Shown: positions 1 through 12,365, numbered from the stretch's first letter. The stretch is 64,000 bases of DNA from Antedon mediterranea (GCF_964355755.1 NC_092680.1:4588001-4652000); one strand, 5' to 3'. Notes: generated by a model from the letters alone, not told the origin. Program-made: numbers and translations.

Positions 1-254
1 TGAATGAATACAAAGTAGATGAATATCACACTGTGTATAGTAAATCAAAGGTAATATTTTGTTTATTGTTTTGCTTTAGTATTTTCTCTTTTGGTGAGAT
101 TTAACACATCTTTTTTAATTAACCAGCCTATAAATCCAGAATAGGCGTACACAATATATTGTGTGTTATTTAATAATTTTATTTATGAATGTTAATTTTG
201 CAGTTCAGTTTTACCTGCAGTAGACCAATCAGTTTCACCCAGACAAGTGTTTGA
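1..254 (+). CDS. R0: 3' end of a TM-Roc-COR (ROCO) paralog, truncated by the window edge; exon ends at 50, terminal exon 204-254 (FSFTCSRPISFTQTSV*)
   Basis: 1-50 is nearly identical to the end of the R1 exon (..NEYKVDEYHTVYSKSK). Donor AAG|GTAAT at 50/51 and acceptor TTTTGCAG|TTC at 203/204. Confidence 0.8.
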
Positions 255-755
255 GAAGTTGCTACAGCTTTTAATAGTTTATAATGTTAGTTATTTACTA
301 TCTACACACATGTTCTATCGATATGCACATTGTTAATGGCAGATAATATTCAATAATCTAGAAAGTTTATGTTAAATAACATGCTTGATGATTCGTTCAA
401 TATGGATATAATAGTGTTTATAATATAATGTATATGGTCAACGTAAGGATAGAGATTAATTTAATAATAAATTATATTTTGTATTGAAATTATTATAGAT
501 TGCCATCGTCATAATATTGCATGGTTATCAAATGTTAAATCTATGTAGCAACTTATTACATTACATAAAAGAAGGTATCAGTTCAACCGAGTTGAATACA
601 TATGTCAATAAAGATGCATAGAATGTAAAAGCAAATCAAATTAGTAATTAAAACAAAACTTATAATATTGAAATTGTGGAGTAAATTAATAAACAAAATT
701 AATTGTGCGGTATTATTGTTATGTATGTGCCTACGTAATCATACATGTCTTTATG

Positions 756-2674
756 TAATTTACTACTTTCTATTGTAGAATAATATACAATGTATATATT
801 ATTTACCGGTGATAATATTATTTAAAGTAAAATGTCCCTGTGAAAACGTTTGAACTACAAACCAATGACTGGGGCGGTACATCTGTCAAATGATAACGCA
901 GGCGAGCTCAGCGAGGACGTAAACCTCGCGTAGAACAAAAGGGCAAGCTCGCTTTATTTTGATTTTCAATATGTTTAATGTGTAACAAAACTACCAAATG
1001 TTCCATCTGTCTACTATCAAAATATTTTGACAAAATATGGTATTGATATTTCGAAATATGGTAGTGATATGACATCATCATATCCATATATGGGCACATC
1101 ACATCACATCACATCACTCTACAGCTCACTATGTCGGTCGGTCGGTTGGTCGGTAAACACTAACTTGAGCACGCGACTGCAGCCATGTATATGGCCTTGT
1201 TGTCACATAAAGTTTGATAGTGTAGACAGAGCTTAAGGCGTTGTCTGCTTATCGTGAGAACGAATTCAGCAAGTTCACACATTTATTTTGCAATGTTGAC
1301 TATTAGCAATACTGTTGATTTTTCCTTTTGATTGCATTTGAATACATGATTCACAATAAGAAGTTACATTTTCTTTACTGTAAACACTATACGTTGGTGT
1401 ATAATTTATATTCTTTGTTTTAAAATGGCTGTTTGATACACAGTTTGATCGTATATATTATAATGAATATAGGGACCGAAAACAGAATATTATAAATCAC
1501 ATTGGCACTCGGATACCCTAAAAGGCCATTTATACAAACTAAACAGCAAATGAAAGTAAAACAAACAGAAGAATCTAAAAAGAAAGATACAATCAGGAAT
1601 ATAAACGGTTTGGTTATCCTACTTTCCTCGTCTTATCACAAAGAGTCAGAAAATATGTTAAAAGAATTTTGCATCAACACAACCAGTAATCACGCTATAA
1701 ACAGAAATGGGCATATAATAATTGACAAAAATCGAACACTTAAGATCGGATTATAGAAGAATATGTGGATCCGACAAAGAAGAAATGATATCACCCTAAA
1801 TTTAAACAGAATTGGCCCTCTAGAGGGCAATCTGTTTAGTGACAGAGAGTCATTCTTCTGAAGAGACTGTTAGTGAAAAGAACTAAACTGGAAAGGTAAC
1901 TTTTTAACCTCTTATATTTTTATATTTTCTTTTAAGATACTGTTTTGTTTTGTTTTTTTTTAACTAGTTATTTTAGTTGTTCTATGTCAATTAAAAAAAA
2001 TACTCAAAATGTTAAGGCAATCCAATTACGGTGTACATCAAATTGTGTATTGATTTAGAGAAAGAACAAAAATGATAACTTAAACACAAGGTATGTTTTA
2101 ACATTTTAACTCCATAACCTCAACGATGAAGAATATCGCGTTGCATGCGCCGCCGTGCAAATAGCAATGTCCTTTCGTATATTTTAGGTCTTAGATCTGT
2201 TCTTTCGAGGTCTTATTGTTAGTCATCAAACTTCAATAATTTAGGTGAGAATTAATGCGCATAATAGTTTTTTCTAAGGCATGAATTCATAAATCCGGTA
2301 CTCGATGAGAAAAATTGTATAGGGCCTACTGTTGTTGTATACTCGAGGTCTTACTAATCTAGGCCCGGTATCGCCCGGTAGGGTTTTATGATATTAAATG
2401 ATATCCCCAAGTAGGCCTACTCTAGTAACAAACCATGGTATAAATATAAATATAATATAAATACCTCCATGAACAAAACTACCCTCAATTAATGCTTTTA
2501 AAAGTCTATGTAACAGTGTGTTACATACATTTTCTGCACTGATATGCAACGTAAGTTTATATTAATTATTTTGTATAACAAACGCTATCTGCGTTTTCAA
2601 TTTCACTGTTACCACGTGAATAGAATCCTTTGTTCTGTGAAATTCCAAACATGAAAAGCATATTTTCTGTGGTA
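756..2674. repeat. ~1.9 kb intergenic segment, first copy of a local direct duplication (second copy ~3586-5507; also present once in the next unit ~9897-11796)
   Basis: Near-identical sequence from taatttactactttc to catattttctgtggta; the same 84-aa ORF occurs at 1502 and 4329. Confidence 0.9.
1116..1201 (-). mobile_element. Truncated HINE/DINE-1-like (non-autonomous Helentron) element; equivalent copies at ~3943-4028 and ~10254-10339
   Basis: Reverse complement of AACAAGGCCATATACATGGCTGCAGTCGCGTG...(CCGA)n...CATAGTGAGCTGTAGAG, the same family as 12366-12511. Confidence 0.55.
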
Positions 2675-3585
2675 GTCAGGTGGCTTAGCGACTAAAACGT
2701 TACACGGTGGACATAAGCACCACATTTGGCATGAGGCTTCTTTTAGACGTACTAATTGATTTTTGCCTAGGAGCCACCCGATCATCTTCCGATTTTCCAA
2801 GATGGCGGCCAAAATCCAAAATGGCTGCCAGTAAATTGGTATATCATATATCTCTGGCTGTAAAAGTTACAAATAGACAAATAATGTACTGAATAAAGAA
2901 TTTCTGAGGTCAGTAAAACCGATTCAGGAAATATTATATAAGGTGAGTTCCAAAATGGCGCCCAAAAATAAAAATGGTAGCCATTGAAATTCAAATACAT
3001 ATAATCGTATACAAAGTCACAAATAGTCCATTTCCTAATATAATTTAGCCTGCAAATCAGAAGGAAAGTGCAAGCATTGCATTTTATGAATTTTTTAACC
3101 ATGCTAGTTATAAAAATCCATGTTATCAAATTTCTAAAGTTTTCCCTTGACCTTTGACCTCAATTTGAATATTTTAATCCAATTGAAAACAAAATAACCA
3201 TATCTCCGCAACGCTTGCATTAAATTAAATAATTTTAGTGTCAAAATCTTTGGAAGATGCATATTAATATTCGTCCTAATGGAAACATTTGTCAAAAAAT
3301 GTCCGGAAGTATGATTTTTGGTGATTTTGACCTTTGACCTACATGTCATATAACTTGGTAACTAACAGTTGGACAAACTTGAAATATGTCTCAAATTAAT
3401 CAGAAGATGGATGTTTCTATTCAGTCTAATACAAACTTTTCCAAGAAAATGACCCAGATTCTTGTTATTGACCTTTGACCTGTACTGGTAGTACACATTT
3501 CTATATCTCGAAAACTAGTGGTCGTAAAAGTTTTTTTTATGAGAAATTGTTAGAAAAATATATATTTATATGTTTTATAATAAAA
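2673..3585. mobile_element. Single-ended DNA-transposon terminus fragment (Academ-like by recollection) at the duplication junction
   Basis: Absent from the homologous unit at ~11796. Starts TAGTCAGG...AACGTTACACGG and carries repeated AAAATGGCG and TGACCTTTGACCT motifs typical of long transposon ends. The family assignment is tentative. Confidence 0.45.
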
Positions 3586-5507
3586 TAATTTACTACTTTC
3601 TATTGTAGAATAATATACAATGTATATATTATTTACCGGTGATAATATTATTTAAAGTAAAATGTCCATGTGAAAACGTTTGAACTACAAACCAATGACT
3701 GGGGTGGTACATCTGTCAAATGATAACGCAGGTTAGCTCAGCGAGGACGGAAACCTCGCGTAGAACAAAAGGGCAAGCTCGCTTTATTTTGATTTTCAAT
3801 ATGTTTAGTGTGTAACAAAACTACCAAATGTTCCATCTGTCTACACTATCAAAATATTTTGACAAAATATGGTATTGATATTTCGAAATATGGTAGTGAT
3901 ATGACATCATCATATCCATATATGGGCACATTACATCACATCACTCTACAGCTCACTATGTCGGTCGGTCGGTTGGTCGGTAAACACTAACTTGAGCACG
4001 CGACTGCAGCCATGTGTATGGCCTTGTTGTCACATAAAGTTTGATAGTGTAGACAGAGCTTAAGGCGTTGTCTGCTTATCGTGAGAACGAATTCAGCAAG
4101 TTCACACATTTATTTTGCAATGTTGACTATTAGCAATACTGTTGATTTTTCCTTTTGATTGCATTTGAATACATGATTCACAATAAGAGGTTACATTTTC
4201 TTTACTGTAAACACTATACGTTGGTGTATAATTTATATTCTTTGTTTTAAAAAGGCTGTTTGATACACAGTTTGATCGTATATATTATAATGAATATAGG
4301 GACCGAAAACAGAATATTATAAATCACATTGGCACTCGGATACCCTAAAAGGCCATTTATACAAACTAAACAGCAAATGAAAGTAAAACAAACAGAAGAA
4401 TCTAAAAAGAAAGATACAATCAGGAATATAAACGGTTTGGTTATCCTACTTTCCTCGTCTTATCACAAAGAGTCAGAAAATATGTTAAAAGAATTTTGCA
4501 TCAACACAACCAGTAATCACGCTATAAACAGAAATGGGCATATAATAATTGACAAAAATCGAACACTTAAGATCGGATTATAGAAGAATATGTGGATCCG
4601 ACAAAGAAGAAATGATATCACCTTAAATTTAAACAGAATTGGCCCTCTAGAGGGCAATCTGTTTAGTGACAGAGAGTCATTCTTCTGAAGAGACTGTTAG
4701 TGAAAAGAACTAAACTGGAAAGGTAACTTTTTAACCTCTTATATTTTTATATTTTCTTTTAAGATACTGTTTTGTTTTGTTTTTTTTTAACTAGTTATTT
4801 TAGTTGTTCTATGTCAATTAAAAAAAATACTCAAAATGTTAAGGCAATCCAATTACGGTGTACATCAAAATGTGTACTGATTTAGAGAAAAAAAAATGAT
4901 AACATAAACACAAGGTATGTTTTAACATTGTAACTCCATAACCTCAACGATGAAGAATATCGCGTTGCATGCGCCGCCGTGCAAATAGCAATGTCCTTTC
5001 GTATATTTTAGGTCTTAGATCTGTTCTTTCGAGGTCTTATTGTTAGTCATCAAACTTCAATAATTTAGGTTAGAATTAATGCGCATAATAGTTTTTTTCT
5101 AAGGCATGAATTCATAAATCCGGTACTCGATGAGAAAAAATGTATAGGGCCTACTGTTGTTGTATACTCGAGGTCTTACTAATCTAGGCCCGGTATCGCC
5201 CGGTAGGGATTTATGATATTGAATGATATCCCCAAGTACTCTAGTGACACGCTAACAAACCATGGTATAAATATAAATATAATATAAATACCTCCATGAA
5301 CAAAGCTACCCTCAATTAATGCTTTTAAAAGTCTATGTAAAAGTGTGTTACATACATTTTCTGCACTGATATGCAACGTAAGTTTATATTAATTATTTTG
5401 TATAACAAACGCTATCTGCGTTTTTAATTTCACTGTTACCACCTCAATGTGAATAGAATCCTTTGTTCTGTGAAATTCCAAACATGAAAAGCATATTTTC
5501 TTTGGTA
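3586..5507. repeat. Second copy of the 1.9 kb duplicated segment
   Basis: Direct alignment by eye to 756-2674 with few substitutions or indels. Confidence 0.9.
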
Positions 5508-6109
5508 ATTAACATGAAAATACCAACAATTTCCAATTCAAATCCAACATATTTGTTATTGAAATTACACAATCGTAATAGTACAGAATTATAATTGATC
5601 AGTGAACTTTAAAATGAGTTGGCTCTCGTCACAATTAGGCCATACAAAATCACCTGTCGGTGTCCTCCGCTCGAAGCAGATTGGCTGTCATTTATTTCCA
5701 TTCTTTCCTCAGCTGCGCCTTCGTCACACATTTCTCATAGCTCATTTTTGTCCATTCCTTTGTGTTGGTTGTCCATGTAAAACGTGGTCTACCTCTGCCT
5801 CTTTTCCCGTCTATTTTACCATCTAGTATTTCCTTTTGAAGACTTTCCTTCCTTATGAGATGACCACAAAATTCTAGCTTTCTTTTCTTGAATTGGCATT
5901 TAAATTGGAAACACTATGCATATAATTGCCATTGAGCAGAAAAATGTGAGTTCACATTATAAACTATTTCCTTATATATATACTGGTCTTACAATTTACG
6001 TGAATCAGTCACCAAAACTGTGTGTAATTATCAGACAAGTCCAAAATAGGAAAAGGGTAACTAAAATAATGGCAAGGTTACATAAACGTCATAAAGTGCT
6101 TTGTAAAAT

Positions 6110-6217
6110 AACAAGGCCATATACATGGCTGCAGTCGCGTGCTCAAATGTGAGCCGACTGACCATCCGACCGACCAACCGACCGACTATCCGACCAACCG
6201 ACATAGTGAACTGTAGA
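6110..6217 (+). mobile_element. HINE/DINE-1-like element, 3' hairpin deleted
   Basis: AACAAG start, AGTCGCGTG subterminal repeat and (CCGA) microsatellite; homologous to 12366-12511. Confidence 0.55.
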
Positions 6218-6345
6218 TATGATTTTCAGATACGTGTTGTTAGAATTTATAATTGCTAAAATTTAAATTGTTCTGAATCTGATTGAATCTTCATATTTCA
6301 ATTATAGTGTATACATTGTAATGTTATAATAGAAGACCATATAAC

Positions 6346-9300
6346 ATGGAAAAAAAAGAACTGGATTACTTGAAAGGATATGCTGAATCCTACAAGCGAA
6401 GTTTCAACTTGCGAGTATTAGCAGATGATACTGAGATTAAAGAAGCTTACAAAACTGCTCGAGAAAGAGGAAAGTTACCTTTTAACAGAACTAAGGTTCT
6501 TATTCTGGGTGATCATGGTGCCGGGAAAACGTCAACCTGCAGGCGTTTACAAGGAAAAGATTTTCGTCCAGAAGAACCTAGTACAATTGGAATAGAAACA
6601 AACACTGTTGAGACGAAAGTCAGTGATGTTAATAGTAAATGGTGTGAGGTGACAAACACTCCATTAGAAGACTATGAAAGTTCAGCAGCGTGGTGGACAG
6701 TATCTCGTGTGCTTAAACAGGCAAAAAGGTTGTCAAAGGCACGTGGTTCGTCTGGCAATAAAACACATTTATTGATCCGAAAATTATTGGAGGACATATA
6801 TTACTTAATGTTGTATATTATCCCTTTTACTGTTATACAATGTTTTGGTGGGTTTACATTTGGGTTCGGGTCAGTTGTGTGGTTGTACATCTTTTGCATT
6901 ATGACAATATGTGACGTCCACACTGCATATCGCTTTGGTTGTGGATATGCTATAATGATGGTACTTGTAGATAGAGCTACACAAAATGAACAGTTTTCAA
7001 ACCTACAAAACATAGATATAAATACATGGATTTATTTCACTGTGGTTATGTTTGTTTGCATGTATGGAATTGGCTCATTCCTTGTCGGCATACTTATGGG
7101 CACAGGTGGAAGGACTGGTATCTGTTTAGCATTGTGTTTCATGGTACATCCAAATCAGACTGTTATTTCCATTGAAAGTTTTTTAGAAAAGCTATCATTT
7201 TTTTACAATATGATATATTATCTTAAATTCATATTTTCTGGAGTTATCCTAATAGTAATTTTTAGGAGCATTCACTCACAAATCTTTTCACTTAATCGAA
7301 GAAAGTTTATTACTTTGATAATAATTAACATCGTTTGTATCATTACAGCAATATACTTAGGAAGGAACAATTTTGTTGAAATATGTATTTTATTTTGCTT
7401 CATTGCAATTGTCTTTTCAATCATGTGTGGAGTTATATTAGGAAGAAAGATTGTAGCTTATGGCTATACACCTGGAAATTACTTTGTAAAGAAATCAGCA
7501 GGGTTTATTGTTGGAATATTTTTAGCAAAATTATGTGGTTGGAAATTTGGAAATGTGTCTAATTTAAGAGATGGTCATAACCATTCCAAGTCACAGTATA
7601 TATTTGACTTGATTTTATTTTTTGCCCCAATTACTGGTTTTATTATCTACGAATGGCATTCTTATACAAAAGTAAAAACTACATCGTCAATACCAATAGT
7701 GCATATCAGGAGGTCAATGGAAGCAGATATGCGAAACGAATGTTACATCGATGCCAGACTAAGTTTATGGGATTTTGCAGGACAAGAAATGTACTATAAT
7801 ACACACCACCTATTTATGCCAAAGCAAGGCGTATACTTGGTTGTTTTCAACGCTGTAGAAGCGATTTCTAATCCTGATAGACATATTAAACGGCTACAAT
7901 TCTGGTTACAATCTATTGCTATGCATGTTGATATTGAGAATGTTGTAGTGTTTCTTGTAGGAACAAGGAGAGAAAGTGTACGTGATGAAAATGCGTTTTC
8001 TACTTTTGGGAAATTTGTAACTGCACATCTTTACAAAAGATTTTCAAGATTGCTTGCTTTTCATCCAAGTGGACGACTTTGCTTTTTTATTGAAAACTCA
8101 TTTAATGTTGATAATGAGCTTTCCCTTTTGCGAGAAAGTATATATAATGAAGTTATGAAATTGAGATACTTTCGTGAACAATTTTCTGTAAAATATCTAC
8201 TATTTAAAGAAACGTTAAATGGATTTCGTCATAGACAGTGCGTTATTGCGAGTATAAAAGATATTGAAAACGAATTAGTGTTAACAAGTACCAACTTTGT
8301 GAAATATGAGGTGCGTCAACTTCTGAATTTCTTTGATAAATCTGGAGATATCATATACAATGAACTTGATGAACTACTTCAGAATTATGTTGTTTGTGAT
8401 CCTCAGGTATTAATAGACATTCTGAAATTATTAGTGAATGTACCTGAACCACACAAAAGAAACAGAGCCGTGTCTGATCTTTGGCAGAAATTACTGGAAA
8501 CAGGAATTGTAGACAGTAGACTATTGGAACACATTTGCCGAAACAAAGGAATTTGGAGAGTTTATCCTTACGTTATTCGGTATTTGGTCGGAACACAGTT
8601 AATGTTTCCACTTACAATAACTAACCGAGTTGATCAAGTTGGGACATTTTGTCTTCCTTGCAAATTGCCTAAAATTGAGTTGCAGCCACGTGAATTTAAT
8701 TACAGTTATCATACTTCTGACATATTTTATTTCGATTTTGGTGAAGTTTTACTAGAATTTATATTTCTTCGAATTATTGCAAAATGCTGTCAAGTGTTTG
8801 ATTGGATAAGGATCTATTATAACTGTGCGCATTTCAGAGCAAGTGAAACATGTTTTTTTCAAATAAACTCTGAGACAATTTGTGCAGATAGTATTTATGT
8901 ATATGATAGAAATCTATTAAAACTTTCAGTGTCCAAAGTAATCCCGAGTAAATCAGTCAATATCTTACGGAAAATGCATACTTTCATTGAAGAGATAATT
9001 CAACAAACATTTAATCCGGATTACTTTCACGATCAGTATCTTTTTGGTCCAGTATGTGAAAGATGTAGTTCTTTGGATGCAACGATGTGTTTGGTGAATC
9101 TTGTTGGCTTAAGTGACGATGTTTCTGCATTGAATGAATACAAAGTAGACGAATATCACACTGTGTATAGTAAATCAAAGGTAATATTTTGTTTATTGGT
9201 TTGCTTTAGTATTTTCTCTTTTGGTGAGATTTAACACATCTTTTTTAATTAACCAGCCTATAAATCCGGTATATGCGTACACAATATATTATTTGTTGTT

Positions 9301-9382
9301 TACTAATTTTATTTATGAATTAATTTTGCAGTTCAGTTTTACCTGCAGTAGACCAATCAATTTCACACAGACAAGTCTTTGA
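6346..9382 (+). CDS. R1: ROCO-family protein, Roc GTPase split by a polytopic transmembrane insert, followed by COR (~961 aa); exons 6346-9180 and 9332-9382
   Basis: G1 GDHGAGKTS (aa 55-63), switch I STIGIE, G3 LSLWDFAGQEMYYNTHHLF, G4-like FLVGTRRE; COR-like LLNFFDKSGDIIY and VVCDPQVLIDIL; ~8-10 hydrophobic segments at aa ~150-440. Phase-0 intron AAG|GTAAT...TTGCAG|TTC; last exon FSFTCSRPINFTQTSL*. Confidence 0.88.
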
Positions 9383-12365
9383 GAAGTTGCTACAGCTTTT
9401 AATAGTTTATAATGTTAGTTATTTACTATCTACACACATATTCTATCGATATGCACATTGTTAATGGCAGATGATATTCAATAATCTAGAAAGTTTATGT
9501 TAAATAACATGCTTGATGATTCGTTGCATAACATCATCAATATGGATATAATAGCGTTTATAATATAATGTATATGGTCAACGTAAGGATAGAGATTAAT
9601 TTAAATAATACATTATATTTTTTATTGAGATTATTATAGATTGCCATCGTCATAATATTGCATGGTTATCAAATGTTAAATCTATGTAGTAACTTATTAC
9701 ATTACATAAAAGAAGGTATCAGTTCAACCGAGTTGAATACATATGTCAATAAAGGTGCATAGAATGTAAAAGCAAATCAAATTAGTAATTAAAACAAAAC
9801 TTATAATATTGAAATTGTAGAGTAAATTAATTTAAAAAAATAATTGTGCGGTATTATAGTTATGTATGTGCCTACGTAATCATACATGTCTTTATGTAAT
9901 TTACTACTTTCTATAGTAGAATAATATACAATGTATATATTATTTACCGGTGATAATATTATTTAAAGTAAAATGTCCCTGTGAAAACGTTTGAACTACA
10001 GACCAATGACTGGGGCGGTACATCTGTCAAATGATAACGCAGGCGAGCTCAGCGAGGACGCAAACCTCGCGTAGAACAAAAGGGCAAGCTCGCTTTATTT
10101 TGATTTTCAATATGTTTAATGTGTAACAAAACTACCAAATGTTCCATCTGTCTACACTATCAAAATATTTTGACAAAATATGGTATTGATATTTCGAAAT
10201 ATGGTAGTGATATGACATCATCATATCCATATATGGGCACATCACATCACATCACTCTACAGCTCACTATGTCGGTCGGTCGGTTGGTCGGTAAACACTA
10301 ACTTGAGCACGCGACTGCAGCCATGTATATGGCCTTGTTGTCACATAAAGTTTGATAGTGTAGACAGAGCTTAAGGCGTTGTCTGCTTATCGTGAGAACG
10401 AATTCAGCAAGTTCACACATTTATTTTGCAATGTTGACTATTAGCAATACTGTTTTTCTTTTGATTGCATTTGAATACATGATTCACAATGAGAGGTTAT
10501 ATTTTCTTTACTGTAAACACTATACGTTGGTGTATAATTTATATTCTTTGTTTTAAAATGGCTGTTTGATACACATTTTGATCGTATATATTATAATGAA
10601 TATAGGGACCGAAAAGGGAATATTATAAATCATATTGGCACTCGGATACCCTAAAAGGCCATTTATACAAACTAAACAGCAAATGAAAGTAAAACAAACA
10701 GAAGAATCTAAAAAGAAAGATACAATCAGGAATATAAACGGTTTGGTTATCCTACTTTCCTCGTCTTTTTCACAAAGAGTCAGAAAATATGTTAAAAGAA
10801 TTTTGCATCAACACAACCAGTAATCACGCTATAAACAGAAATGGGCATATAATAATTGACAAAAATCGAACACTTAAGATTGGATTATAGAAGAATATGT
10901 GGATCCGACAAAGAAGAAATGATATCACCCTAAATTTAAACAAAATTGGCCCTCTAGAGGTCAATCTATTTAGTGACAGAGAGTCATTCTTCTGAAGAGA
11001 CTGTTAGTGAAAAGAACTAAACTGGAAAGGTAACTTTTTAACCTCTTATATTTTTATATTTTCTTTTAAGATACTGTTTTTTTTTTTTTTAACTAGTTAT
11101 TTTAGTTGTTCTATATCAATTAAAAAAATACTCAAAATGTTAAGGCAATCCAATTACGGTGTACATCAAATTGTGTATTGATTTAGAGAAAGAACAAAAA
11201 TGATAACTTAAACACAAGGTATGTTTTAACATTTTAACTCCATAACCTCAACGATGAAGAATATCGCGTTGCATGCGCCGCCGTGCAAATAGCAATGTCC
11301 TTTCGTATATTTTAGGTCTTAGATCTGTTCTTTCGAGGTCTTATTGTTAGTCATCAAACTTCAATAATTTAGGTGAGAATTAATGCGCATAATAGTTTTT
11401 TCTAAGGCATGAATTCATAAATTCGGTACTCGATGAGAAAAATTGTATAGGGCCTACTGTTGTTGTATACTCGAGGTCTTACTAATCTAGGCCCGATATC
11501 GCCCGGTAGGGTTTTATAATATTAAATGATATCCCCAAGTACTCTAGTAACAAACCATGGTATAAATATAAATATAATATAAATACCTCCATGAACAAAA
11601 CTACCCTCAATTAATGCTTTTAAAAGTCTATGTAACAGTGTGTTACATACATTTTCTGCACTGATATGCAACGTAAGTTTATATTAATTATTTTGTATAA
11701 CAAACGCTATCTGCGTTTTCAATTTCACTGTTACCACGTGAATAGAATCCTTTGTTCTGTGAAATTCCAAACATGAAAAGCATATTTTCTGTGGTAATTA
11801 ACATAAAAATACCAACAATTTCCAATTCAAATCCAACATATTTGTTATTGAAATTACACAATCGCAATAGTACAGAATTATAATTGATCAGTGAACTTTA
11901 AAATGAGCTGGCTCTCGTCACAATTAGGCCATACAAAGCTGTCATGAATTTCTATTCTTTCCTCAGCTGCGCCTTCGTCACACATTTCTCATAGCTCATT
12001 TTTGTCCATTCCTTTGTGTTGGTTGTCCATGTAAAACGTGGTCTACCTCTGCCTCTTTTCCCGTCTATTTTACCATCTAGTATTTCCCTTTGAAGACTTT
12101 CCTTCCTTATGAGTTGACCAACAAATTCTAGCTTTCTTTTCTTGAATTGGCATTTAAATTGGAAACACTATGCATATGCCATTGATCAGAAAAATGTGAG
12201 TTCACATTATAAACTATTTCCTTATATATATACTGGTCTTACAATTTACGTGAATCAGTCACCAACACTTTGTTAAAGTGTAATTATCAGACAAGTTCAA
12301 AATAGGAAAAGGGTAACTAAAATAATAGCAAGGTTACATAAACGTCAAAAAGTGCTTTGTAAAAT

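Noticed and set aside
908-1236. Short ORFs repeated at 908/1027, 3808 and 10119
   Set aside because: Their recurrence is due to segmental duplication and a HINE; frames are broken by indels between copies.
6801-7013. Recurrent short antisense ORFs inside the ROCO exons (also 13095, 33346, 44244, 50746, 57959 etc.)
   Set aside because: Shadows of the paralogous sense CDS with no independent coding signal.
9181-9234. Hydrophobic C-terminal tails of the large ORFs (e.g. VIFCLLVCFSIFSFGEI) as tail anchors
   Set aside because: They begin exactly at the conserved GT donor and are not conserved across the array, so they are intron read-through.
6346-9382. Assigning LRRK2/DAPK1/MFHAS1/pats1 symbols, or a GPCR or NLR label
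   Set aside because: No LRR, kinase or death domains, no DRY/NPxxY or NACHT motifs; only family-level Roc-COR similarity is supported.
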